Assembly: GCA_951406725.2 (NCBI GenBank) | Contig: OX597829.1 | Span: 47,430,001 to 47,494,000, forward strand | DNA: 64,000 nt | From: Octopus vulgaris | Taxonomy: Eukaryota | Reading direction: 5' to 3' | In this document: positions 52,916 through 64,000 of the stretch, piece after piece | Numbering within the stretch: the stretch's first letter is position 1 | Layout of the letters: the number at the start of each line of letters is the position of its first letter | Program-made: the position numbers and the translations under genes | Notes under the pieces: model-generated | Told to the model about the DNA's origin: nothing | The model's input: only the letters and a program-made list of their open reading frames with translations | Database searches by the model: none

Positions 52916-54341
52916 AATAACTTCCTACCTTCCGTCGATAGTGTGGAAGGTAATGAAAATTACCATGGGCGCTATCATTTCTTCTCTGACTAAATTCCCT
53001 ATTTTGTTTTTGCTCAGTGCTCCGTTCAATACTTCCTAAATTTCTAAATGTAACACGAAACTATTGGAGTAACGGATGTCTTTACAATCTCACAGAAGCT
53101 CCCATTTACTAAGCGATCAATTCCTTCCATAGTAATTTGTATATATGCGAAAATATGATTGCATAAATTTTAAACTTTCCTTTACATATTTGAAGAAGGA
53201 GAAAAAAAATCTCTTCTCATTAGTCGTTATATTTCGTTACAGTTTTCTAGCTCCTATGTTCAAAACAAAAATTAAAATAATAGTCATAATAAAGAGAAAC
53301 CTCTAGGTTTTATCTTCGGGAAGAAATAACTTTTGTAGCAGTTGTTTATGATATTGGTTTCATTGTAGATAAGGATGTGGTTTTTTGTTGTCATAAGGCT
53401 TTATATAAATTTTCTCGGATCGTTGACACCAAGTCAAGAAAGCAGTTATGAAGGCTTCCTCGTTCGCGCTAAGTTACTTTTGGTATAATTTTCATACGGA
53501 AATTCCCAACATTTTTAAAATTGTTCATTCTATTTATTTATTTATTTATTTATCTATCTATTGTTGCTGTGGTTATTCTATTTAACTTTGTGGTTGTTAT
53601 AGGACAACAGAGAGGAATTTGTGGTCAATAACTTCCTACCTTCCGTCGATAGTGTGGAAGGTAATGAAAATTACCATGGGCGCTATCATTTCTTCTCTGA
53701 CTAAATTCCCTATTTTGTTTTTGCTCAGTGCTCCGTTCAATACTTCCTAAATTTCTAAATGTAACACGAAACTATTGGAGTAACGGATGTCTTTACAATC
53801 TCACAGAAGCTCCCATTTACTAAGCGATCAATTCCTTCCATAGTAATTTGTATATATGCGAAAATATGATTGCATAAATTTTAAACTTTCCTTCACATAT
53901 TTGAAGAAGGAGAAAAAAAATCTCTTCTCATTAGTCGTTATATTTCGTTACAGTTTTCTAGCTCCTATGTTCAAAACAAAAATTAAAATAATAGTCATAA
54001 TAAAGAGAAACCTCTAGGTTTTATCTTCGGGAAGAAATAACTTTTGTAGCAGTTGTTTATGATATTGGTTTCATTGTAGATAAGGATGTGGTTTTTTGTT
54101 GTCATAAGGCTTTATATAAATTTTCTCGGATCGTTGACACCAAGTCAAGAAAGCAGTTATGAAGGCTTCCTCGTTCGCGCTAAGTTACTTTTGGTATAAT
54201 TTTCATACGGAAATTCCCAACATTTTTAAAATTGTTCATTCTATTTATTTATTTATTTATTTATCTATCTATTGTTGCTGTGGTTATTCTATTTAACTTT
54301 GTGGTTGTTATAGGACAACAGAGAGGAATTTGTGGTCAATA
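52916..54341. repeat. 711-bp near-perfect tandem duplication
   Basis: 52916-53626 repeated at 53627-54337; AATA at all three junctions; one T/C difference seen (53183 vs 53894). Confidence 0.95.
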
Positions 54342-54486
54342 TGTGTACAAGGAAAATGTCAAACTGACAAGGAACGTGGTATAAAATTAGATCACAGCTT
54401 TTGTTCCGACTCTCTGTTTTGACAGAAACACTTTCGTCAACACAGGTACAAACTGTACTACCCGAGTCGGTGGCCTTCGCTTAGAT

Positions 54487-54806
54487 CAGGGATTCTCAAC
54501 CATTTTTTTACCCATGGGCCCTTTTGATTACTATTCCATTCAGGTGAACCCACATACCTATTCGATGTTTAAAAGCTAGTTTTATAGAAACCTCTTTCTA
54601 AATTCGTGTTTTGTTGTTCACACATTAGCTTGTACAGGTGAAACTATGTAAAACGTTTGAGAAAGACACCTGTTTCTTGCAATACATTCCAATACTTACA
54701 TCTAAAGCAAAACTTGTGGATCCTCAATTTACTACGATGTTGCGTTGTTCCTCCAAATCTTATATAAATCCTCAAGAGCCATATGAACTCCGGTCGAGAA
54801 CCATTG
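54487..54806. mobile_element. hAT-type MITE
   Basis: TIRs CAGGGATTCTCAACC / GGTCGAGAACCATTG; degenerate 8-bp flanks GCTTAGAT / CCTTCGAC. Confidence 0.6.
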
Positions 54807-54871
54807 CCTTCGACGAACGATCTACTTAAAACTCTTCTGTTTAATCCCTCTCTCAGCGTCACACACACAGA

Positions 54872-54932
<61 letters not shown>

Positions 54933-55025
54933 ATCCAAACATGAACAAAGAGAAAAACACAACAACGCGGGTACTTAGAGCAAGTATAGTGTTATTGGAC
55001 GCTCAGGAAAGGAAAAGAAAGGATG

Positions 55026-55060
55026 ATTTAACGTTTCGAGCGGAGCTCTTCGTCAGAAAC
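55026..55060 (-). ncRNA. Minimal type I hammerhead motif, canonical C3:G8 core
   Basis: GUUU-CUGACGA-A-GAGC-UCC-GCUC-GAAAC-GUU-AAAU. Confidence 0.65.
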
Positions 55061-55380
55061 ATAGAAAAATGAAAGGTCCAAGGAAGGGAAGACGGAGAAA
55101 GAAAATCGCCAACGATACACACTCGGTCACAATAATTTAGAGACAAACCGCTATATAGTTATTCCATCAATAGTGAAAAGATATTATCTATATTAACCAC
55201 ATAGAAATTAATTAAATACTTATAATTATTATTCTAAAAATCTCATAACAAATCAAACGTTAAATTGACTACGCGCGTTTCATGACTATAAATAATATCT
55301 TTTCACTATTCATGGAATAACTATATAGCGTACATATATATGACGAACTAACTGTTACTTTCTCAGATGCAGCACAGATT

Positions 55381-55431
55381 TTTGTCAGTGAACAGGTCGC
55401 GGTCTGAAAGCGACGAAAATATTTTGACAAA
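55381..55431 (+). ncRNA. Minimal type I hammerhead motif, G3:C8 core variant
   Basis: UUUGUCA-GUGAACA-G-GUCGC(GGUCUGAAA)GCGAC-GAAA-AUAUUU-UGACAAA: 7-bp stem I, 5-bp stem II, palindromic AAUAUU stem III. Confidence 0.6.
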
Positions 55432-55595
55432 TTAAACTTAAATGTTGAAGTGAATCGAACGGTTTTTGTGTGTTTCTTAAATGGCTTATAAACACCTTCC
55501 ACGCTGCAATTGTTTGCGTTCCAGCACACGATCTCAGATCAAATCACTTGCAATGCGAGTACATCTCCGTAAAACTATATAGCGGTTTGTCTCTA

Positions 55596-55630
<35 letters not shown>

Positions 55631-55736
55631 GTGAATTTTGATTTAGTTGTGCGAAATTTAAATTTTTCCCTTGTTAGCTTGGAATTATTACATTCCCTAA
55701 CTATTAATATATATATGTATGTATATATATATATAA

Positions 55737-56230
55737 TAGAAATATTAAAATTACTAAGTCTCTCTAAAAGAGAACAACGGCAGCGTTTCCGGAAAATAAT
55801 AGTTATCGCCATACTAATATGGCATTCTTATAAAAATAAGAATAAAGCTGTCCGCTTATTAGCTCCATGAGGCCATCGCCTTAAGTTAGCTATTTGATAC
55901 ACAAACTGTATCCATATAACCTTCGAACAAGGGAGGTCAGTCGCTCCACACTACTTGACCGGCAGCTACAGACGCGTTTCGGGGTATTGCCCCTTTTCAA
56001 TGCAGCGTAGCCAGACCAGTAGGTGTCGCTTCTGACAATCTCTGTTCGAAGGTTTTATTTACCTAGCTTCGGTGGAATACATCCACTTGTTTTCAATAAT
56101 AGAAATATTAAAATTACTAAGTCTCTCTAAAAGAGAACAACGGCAGCGTTTCCGGAAAATAATAGTTATCGCCATACTAATATGGCATTCTTATTTTTAT
56201 AAGAATGCCATATTAGTATGGCGATAACTA

Positions 56231-56235
<5 letters not shown>
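55737..56235 (-). mobile_element. Penelope-like non-autonomous element (direct terminal repeats plus an inverted stub)
   Basis: ~95-bp direct repeat at 55735-55831 and 56097-56193; inverted partial copy at 56198-56233; HHR inside; (TA)n on both flanks. Confidence 0.7.
55965..56006 (-). ncRNA. Minimal type I hammerhead motif, U3:A8 core variant
   Basis: GCUGCA-UUGAAAA-GGGG(CAAUA)CCCC-GAAAC-GC-GUC-UGUAGC: 6-bp stem I, 4-bp stem II, palindromic ACGCGU stem III, GUC cleavage triplet. Confidence 0.65.
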
Positions 56236-56266
<31 letters not shown>

Positions 56267-56885
56267 CGAAAGGTTTCAGACAAAGGACTCAAAAATAAGA
56301 ATGATAACAAAGCTGAAGTGAAGAGCAAATATATAAAGTGATTGTCTTTATTTGGCAAAAAAATATATAAAGAGACCAGCTGAAATATAACAAATATAAG
56401 ATGTGTGTATGTGTGTATTGGAAATCTGTAGATCATTGTTGTTGATTTCATACGTTATACGAGTTTCGTTTGTTGTTTGGAAAACAATGTTTAATTATAT
56501 GACTTTCGTTTTTAACTTCCCGGAAACAGGAGGTAGCAGCATATATTGTGGCGACATTACATCTTCTAGAGGTATACTTTGTAGTAACAAGGTTCATCTT
56601 TAAATCCTTAATGCTATTAATCTTTACACAAAAGTTCTTTCTATTAGCACTTTTTGTTTTTTTTTTATTGTTGCCCCTTTTTTTCTCTCTCTCTAGCGGA
56701 AACGTTTACACACACATACACACAATACGCACACCTATATGACATTTTTGTTTCTTTTAAACACTTGCCTTCAGTGATAGGGGGGATTTTGATATATTTA
56801 AATAAAGCTTTAATGCCAGTTCCTGTGCTTAAATGTCTATATGTTTTCACATATAGACATCTCTCTCTCTCTTTCTCCATTTCTT

Positions 56886-57020
<135 letters not shown>

Positions 57021-57406
57021 TACACACACCCGTGCATCTTTAAGTAGCGTCTTTATGTGTCAAGGACTATCTGGGTGAGATGCATGCTAACATATATCAA
57101 CTAACATTGCTTGTGACCATTGTATGAGCGGTAATAATAATAATTGTAGGTGGTTGCGTTTCACTCATATTTTTTTAATCCACCAATTCAGTCCAGTCTA
57201 CTTAAAGCACTCTCTCTCCTTCTCTTTAATCTCTTTTTATTATCAGTCCCGTTTCATAATTGTTTATCTTCCTATCGTTGTCCTTCTGTTTCTAGTGTTT
57301 CCTTATGGTCATATGTTTGTGGAAAGCAATCGACGAAAAAAGCCCCACTTCAACCTATCTCTGTTTTTATTGCATTATGCAATGTCTCGTAAATTATACA
57401 ATAGTT

Positions 57407-58185
57407 ATAGATGGGGTATAAAAATGTGTGTAGGTTTGTATGTGGAAACGAAAGAAAGGAGCTCTTGATACATTGTGTAAAAATATATTGGTTTCAAATT
57501 TTGGCACAAGGCCAGCAATTTTGGGAAAAGAGGTCTCTGTTGATCACATCAACTCCAGTGCCCAACTGGAACTTATACTATCGATCCGAAAGAATGAAAG
57601 GCAAAGTCGACCTATGCGGAGTTTGAACTCAGAACGTAACGGCAGACGAAATACTGCTAAGCATTTCGCCCGGCGTGCTAACGATTCTGCCAGCTCGCCG
57701 CCTTTGGTATTCAATAGAGGGGTATAAAAATGTGTGTAGGTTTGTATGTGTAAACGAAAGAAAGAAGCTCTTGATACATTGTGTAAAAATATATTGGTTT
57801 CAAATTTTTGCACAAGGCCAGCAATTTTGGGATGGGAAAAGGTCTCTGTTGATCACATCAACCCCAGTGCCCAACTGGAACTTATATTATCGAACGCGAA
57901 AGGATGAAAGGCAAAGTCGACCTCGGCGGAGTTTGAACTCAGAGTTTAACGGCAGACGAAATACTTATTTCTTTATTACCCACAAGGGGCTAAACATAGA
58001 GGGGACAAACAAGGACAGACATAGGTATTAAGTCGATTACTTAATTTATCGACCCCGAAAGGATGAAAGGCAAAGTCGACCTCGGCGGAGTTTGAACTCA
58101 GAACGTAACGGCAGACGAAATACTGCTAAGCATTTCGCCCGGCGTGCTAACGATTCTGCCAGCTCGCCGCCTTTGGTATTCAATA
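57407..58185 (-). mobile_element. Tandemly duplicated SINE B plus flank; second unit is a dimer
   Basis: Unit 1 ~57407-57714, unit 2 ~57715-58185; both end GCCGCCTTTGGTATTCAATA. Confidence 0.88.
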
Positions 58186-58816
58186 TATCTCATAGATTTA
58201 GTTTTGTGTACAAGATTCCCTGAAAGGAATACTTCTTGGTTGCAAATGTGGTTCTTGCATTTGGTTTCTCACTTAGAAACCTAAATCCATTAATGTGTGT
58301 CTGTGAGCAGGTGTCAAAAATTTGTACGTCTCAAGAAATAAATAACGCAAAATAAAGTGGGTTTTTTTTTTATATGTTTTTAAAATTTTATTTTCCAAAG
58401 TTATTAATAAAGAATATTTATAACTTTTCTAAGCGGAAATAAGTTTTAATTTACTCTATTTCATTCATCTTAATCTAAAAACGTATTGCGATATCACTTC
58501 TCTGATGCATGTGTTAATCTGTTTGATATTTCATTTATATCATTTGACTTCATTCAGTTTTTATCTTTTCCTTCTTTGCAAAATTTGTTCTCCCGACTCC
58601 AACTCGTTCAAAACTAACTCAGTTATATCTATAGTGTATTGTGTGTGTATGAGTGTGCGCTGACACACGCCACAGTAGGCTCTTAATCCTTCAGTCAACA
58701 TGATCACAAGCAATATGTAATGCGCGATGACAGAGAAATGAAGAGAGGGAAGAAACGGATGAGAAAAGCGAAATTTTGTTCCACCATACAAAATACCAAA
58801 ACCTGGTGTGTGTGTA

Positions 58817-58849
<33 letters not shown>

Positions 58850-59097
58850 TCATAGAAGGAATTCCTTAGGAAAACCATGAAACGCTCTGTAACAAAGAAA
58901 TGATAAAGAGGATGAGGAACTAAGGGATACTGGTCCCATACGCCTTTTTTTCTTTCCTCTAAAATATAAAAAAAAAGACAAAATTCTGTCACAAGTGAGC
59001 AATGGGTCACAGCATGTGGTAAAGTATGTTCTGCACAACTTTCCCCACGAATTATTACTTCTGTGTTTGTGTCTTTGTGTATGTATAATATATATTA

Positions 59098-59334
59098 TAC
59101 TCTTTACTCTTTTACTCTTTTACTTGTTTCAGTCATTTGACTGCAGCCATGCTGGAGCACCGCCTTTAGTCGAGCAAATCGACCCCGGGACTTATTCTTT
59201 GTAAGCCCAGTACTTATTCTATCGGTCTCTTTTTGCCGAACCGCTAAGTGACGGGGACGTAAACACACCAGCATCGGTTGTCAAGCAATGCTAGGGGGAC
59301 AAACACAGACACACAAACATATACACACACACCC

Positions 59335-59367
<33 letters not shown>

Positions 59368-59525
59368 TACGACAGGCTTCTTTCAGTTTCCGTCTACCAA
59401 ATCCACTCACAAGGCATTGGTCGGCCCGGGGCTATAGCAGAAGACACTTTGCCCAAGATGCCACGCAGTGGGACTGAACCCGGAACCATGTGGTTGGTTA
59501 GCAAGCTACTTACCACACAGCCACT
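59098..59525 (-). mobile_element. SINE family A
   Basis: Consensus match. Confidence 0.92.
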
Positions 59526-59939
59526 GTATATAAAAATCTATTGTTGCTGGTTTCTTAAAGGCTAGTATCTGTAGATTTTAAATGTATTCTAGTAGTCACA
59601 AAACTAAAGACAACACATCTACATAAGTAATGGCTAATATGAAATAAATTAACCATCATTCAGACCAGGTTGTTCTAATCTGATCGTTTAATAAAATGAT
59701 GAAACGCCGCTGAATAACTGGCGTTCGTAGAGTATTTAATTTATATCTCACAGCTATATTATTCATATATTTATTCTGTTTTCTATCTGCTTTCTTTCTT
59801 TGGCCCCATGACCTTTTTTCTATTCCCTATTTTCGCTATTTTATTTCCAATAATAATCAAATCTTATCAAATCTTACCTAGAAGCAAAAACTACCGGTGA
59901 TCTGCACAGAAGTCAGAACCAAATACCTGTAGACTCATT

Positions 59940-60385
59940 AGCACGCTGGACAGAATGTTTTATGGTGTTTTTCCCGGATCTTTACGTTCTGAGTTCAAAT
60001 CTCGCCAAAGTCTATATTTTTTTTTTTTTATCTCTAGGAATCGATAACATTCAATATCAGTTAAGCACTTGGTTAGATGTAATCGACCGCTTCCCAACCA
60101 CATGGCTTCGAGTTCAGTCCCACTGCATGGCACCTTCGGCAACTGTTTCCTACTACAGTCTTGTAAGAGGATTTGGTGGACGGAAATTGTGTGTTTTTGC
60201 GTCAGTGTTTGTCTTTCTGCCACTGCTTGACAAACAGTGTGTCTACGTCCCCGTAACTTAGCGGTGCTACAAAAGAGACCGACAGAATAAGTACTTGGCC
60301 TACAAAGAATAAGTCCTGAAGTCGATTTGTTCAACTAAAGGTGGTGCTCCAGCATGGTCGCAGTCAAATGACTGAAACAAAAGAA
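59940..60385 (+). mobile_element. Old SINE B (59940-60085) followed by old SINE A (60088-60385)
   Basis: Diverged consensus matches. Confidence 0.75.
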
Positions 60386-62322
60386 TTTCTAATAATATTT
60401 TATAAAAATATAAAGGGATATTTTAAACATTGAATGGCTTTGAATGTCCACCTAAGGAAATTAGAAAAAAACCAAAGGGGCCCGTTAATAAAAGTAGGAA
60501 CCCCTGATCTGAATGGATTTTAAGAGATGTCAAAAAGGAAGCAGTGGTTTATGAAATAGATACTGCGTGAGGTGTGTTATTACACTATGATTTGGAAAAA
60601 TCTTAGAGAAAAATCGTTTTAACTCGCCGAAATGTTAATAATTCAAAATGAGAGAGAGAGAGAGAGAGATGTGCTGTAATTCACCCCACTAAAATACGAT
60701 GTAGGTTTTCGGCCGAAGTATCGAATAGTCAGTCACAATCCGTTATTGGTTCAGTAGGTTGCCATTTGCAAAAGGACATCGCCAGCTGTAAATCGTTTCA
60801 GCTATGGAGTATTTTACTGGAAAGGACGCAGCAAGGATCATGTTTAATTAACTTGCAGTAATTAGTTCAAATTGCCTTTCTGAATTAGTGGGTAATATGC
60901 CACAGATAATGTAATTATTTAGTAAAAGAAAAAACAAATTCTGCCTAACAGGATATGAACTCGTAACTTAATCTAAAGAGACTGACAGTAACTGTACTGT
61001 GTTTTAAGGGAGAGAGAAAGTGAATGATGTGAGATTTACACAACTATTACAAGCATTCATAGCTTCAGGCAGGAATCGAAACTTTACGGCTGGTATTGAA
61101 GAGACAAAAAGTAATAAATCCTGATGATAGTTTTGTATTGAGAGCTTATTAATAGCTTACGTTTTCCTTGACATTTCATTCAACCAGAAATAGTGGAGGT
61201 TTCAATTTCCCAAAATGCGGATGTGGAAAGATCATTCTATACGTCTAAAAATTATTTTGATATTTGTACTTCCTTGCTAGGGTTAAAACTTGATTAGAAA
61301 TAGAAACAGTGACACTTCACATTAAATTATTATACTTTACATTACTACATTGAAATACTTACAAAAATAAGTTATTTTCCCTATGTTTGGTTTGCGATAT
61401 ATTACTTAACTGACATTCATGTATTTTCCTGTAATTCAGTTAACACGTAGCTAGACTGAGCAATATCCTGAGCGTTATTAATGAGGCGGAATTGATGCGG
61501 AATTTTAGAATGTGGCAGGGTTTTGATTGAACATATATTTCCAGCATATGTTGTTTTCCCTATAGTTTTTTTTATTTTTTATCTTACATTTATTTCTAAG
61601 GGGTGTCCTTGCAGTAGATGTTGTGTACCGAAGCTTATCCCAGTGTTAGTGATTGACAGATGTGTTTTATCACGTGGATATGAATTAGCTTTTGTCAGGA
61701 AGAGAATTTGATCAGAGTAGTGCTTTAAATTCTTTTCTTTTTCTCTTTTCTTTTGACAGAATATCTCTTTTCGTTTTCAATCTTCACGATTCGTTTCTGT
61801 TTTTCTCATTCTGACGCGTTTTTATCCATTCTTAAGTCGTTTATACGCACTCAAGTTTGGCTTTATTCTTCTTTCCTGTCCATTTTCGTAATTATTCACA
61901 CATTCGTTGCCAGGATATTTTTTTGTGCAGAAAAAAGAACAAAATGAAAGCAAAAAAAAAAACAAAAAAAAACAAAAAAAAAACAGAAACAAATTATATA
62001 ATTATATAATAAAAGTGTACCAGAGGAAATACAAATATACAAGAAAATGGTCCCCACTAGCTTTTACCTAAGTAGCAATAACAACAACAATAAACACACA
62101 CACCTACAACTATAAAGCCGCTCATCCCCACCTCTGCTGATTCTTTTCTAAGCACCTGGCTCAAATGGATTTAAAGCGGATTACATGTGAACAGAAGGCA
62201 TCCAAGTCCAGAAAGCGAACTTTACTTAATTTTTTTAGCTGGGACAGAGGGTGGGAAGTACTATTTTCTTTGGAGTGTCTCGTTTTATGTTTGGGTTTTA
62301 ATCGTTCCTTTTCTCTGTGTGT

Positions 62323-62360
<38 letters not shown>

Positions 62361-62584
62361 GTATTAGGGAGTGAAGTATTTTGTTTTGTTTTACTCACAG
62401 AAAACATTCTTATGTACCTAGGCGGTCAGCTGACGTAATTTGTATAGATTCCACCAAACGCAAACTGACTTGACGCCAGGTAAACACATGCTCATAGGAT
62501 AGTAGTGAAAGATACGTACACACATTGGTTTATGTGGGATGAATGAGACAAGAGTGCTTGATGTGTACTGTGAACGCGCTACCT

Positions 62585-62865
62585 TAATTGTAAGATGGTT
62601 GCGCTCACGATTGCAAGATCGAGGTTTCGATTCCCAGACGGCGATGCGTTCTGCTCTTTAGCAGAACACTTCATTTCACATTTCTCCAGTCCACTCTGCA
62701 GTAAATGGATAACCATACGACGGATTGGTGTTCAGGGATAAAATTGGCCTGCCTACTTGACCTGCGGTGTGGTATCTTCCGAAAGTTAGAAGAATGCAGG
62801 GATGCGTACGGTGACCAGCGACATATAACAGCCAGCCATAATCTGGTTGGTACAGTGATTACGCA
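62585..62865 (+). mobile_element. Diverged SINE family D
   Basis: B-box GGTTTCGATTCCC; centre matches 3750-3810; tail matches 36237-36355. Confidence 0.7.
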
Positions 62866-62916
62866 CACAAATTACAAATACTAAAACACACGCACGCACA
62901 CACGCACGCTCGCACG

Positions 62917-62959
<43 letters not shown>

Positions 62960-64000
62960 AAACGCTTGCTCAGATAGATAGGTATCACATCACAGAAAGA
63001 CAATGGAGTAGGCTGCCTCTTCCATCATCAGTGGTGGGGAGACATTGGCATGTAAAACATTGCAAGAAATAACAGTCAATATATTAAAATATACACGAAT
63101 GAAGTTAACATTGGCGAGCAAATTAATATTTTAAAGCTACGAACAAACCAACCAACAGGAGTTGCTAGAAATAACAGTCAAAACATTGTTTAAAACAGAC
63201 ATTTATTAGTTTTAAAAAGTTCAAGCACAAAAGTTTGCAATACACTCTAGGATTTTATAAAATAAACTAGCTGTCCCCATACCGTCAAAATGGCGCTTAA
63301 TTGTAGTATTCTGACAATGTTATCTAGTGGTTGCCCCTTGAGATGTGACATCGTTTGTTACTGAAAGAACGCTGGTTTACACATACAAGCATTCATATTT
63401 TCCAGCGTTGAATGTTCACCATCCCACTTCCTTTGCACGCACACACATTCGCATACCTCCCTTTTACATACACATATACTTACACAGAGTATATGTGTGT
63501 GTATACGGTCCCACTACCAGTTTGCCATCACCCCTTCCTTCCTTATTCATCTATCATCCCTTCCTTTCTCATTCATATGTTGTGATGGAGAAAAACACAA
63601 AAGTATTATTATAGTAGATCATCTTTCTCGTATCTCCTTCTTGTGACATGCGCAGCATCTTTGGTTACTATGGAAACAGAGTTTTTTTTTTTGCCACGGT
63701 GAAGTGTAAAATACTCGCTTCTGATTGGCTAAAATACCCAAATTTTGCAAATTTTAAAGGCTAATTATTTTTAAACCATGGAGTTATATAGAAAATGAAT
63801 TTCATTTTCATAATTAGTATACAAAACTCAATCCACACACCAAATTTGAAAACAATTGGAGCAAAATTTTAAACAGTGACGAAAACCACGAGGATACGCC
63901 ATTTCATAAAGTGAATGGCGTTGAAACTAAATACCCACCATTTTATTTTATTTAAGCTTTTCTTCAAATTATGATCACATTAAATGCGTCAGTCTTTTCT

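Noticed and set aside
63267-64000. Possible Helitron/Helentron-like element at the window end
   Set aside because: Only a CTAG and generic motifs are visible; the other terminus could not be identified.

Overview
AT-rich, microsatellite-saturated animal genomic DNA. The SINE repertoire suggests an octopus or other cephalopod; this is inferred from pattern recognition, not a database search. No intact protein-coding gene is supported: nearly all listed ORFs are translations of (TA)n/(CA)n/(GA)n/(GGT)n repeats or of SINE consensus sequence. The window contains about 40 copies or fragments of four tRNA-headed SINE families (called A-D here), decayed CR1-type and RTE-type LINE fragments, non-autonomous Helitron/Helentron elements, several MITEs, a U6 snRNA pseudogene abutting a SINE head, and several local duplications, including a near-perfect 711-bp tandem duplication. 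The main signal is a set of short non-coding elements, several embedded in (TA)n tracts, that carry minimal type I hammerhead-ribozyme (HHR) motifs of the Penelope/retrozyme kind. Within 54.9-56.3 kb, three unrelated elements show three different Watson-Crick versions of the core 3:8 pair (C3:G8, G3:C8, U3:A8). At 34.5-34.9 kb a tRNA-like Pol III head points into an HHR and is flanked by an inverted HHR copy. All folds were read by eye and need computational and biochemical confirmation.
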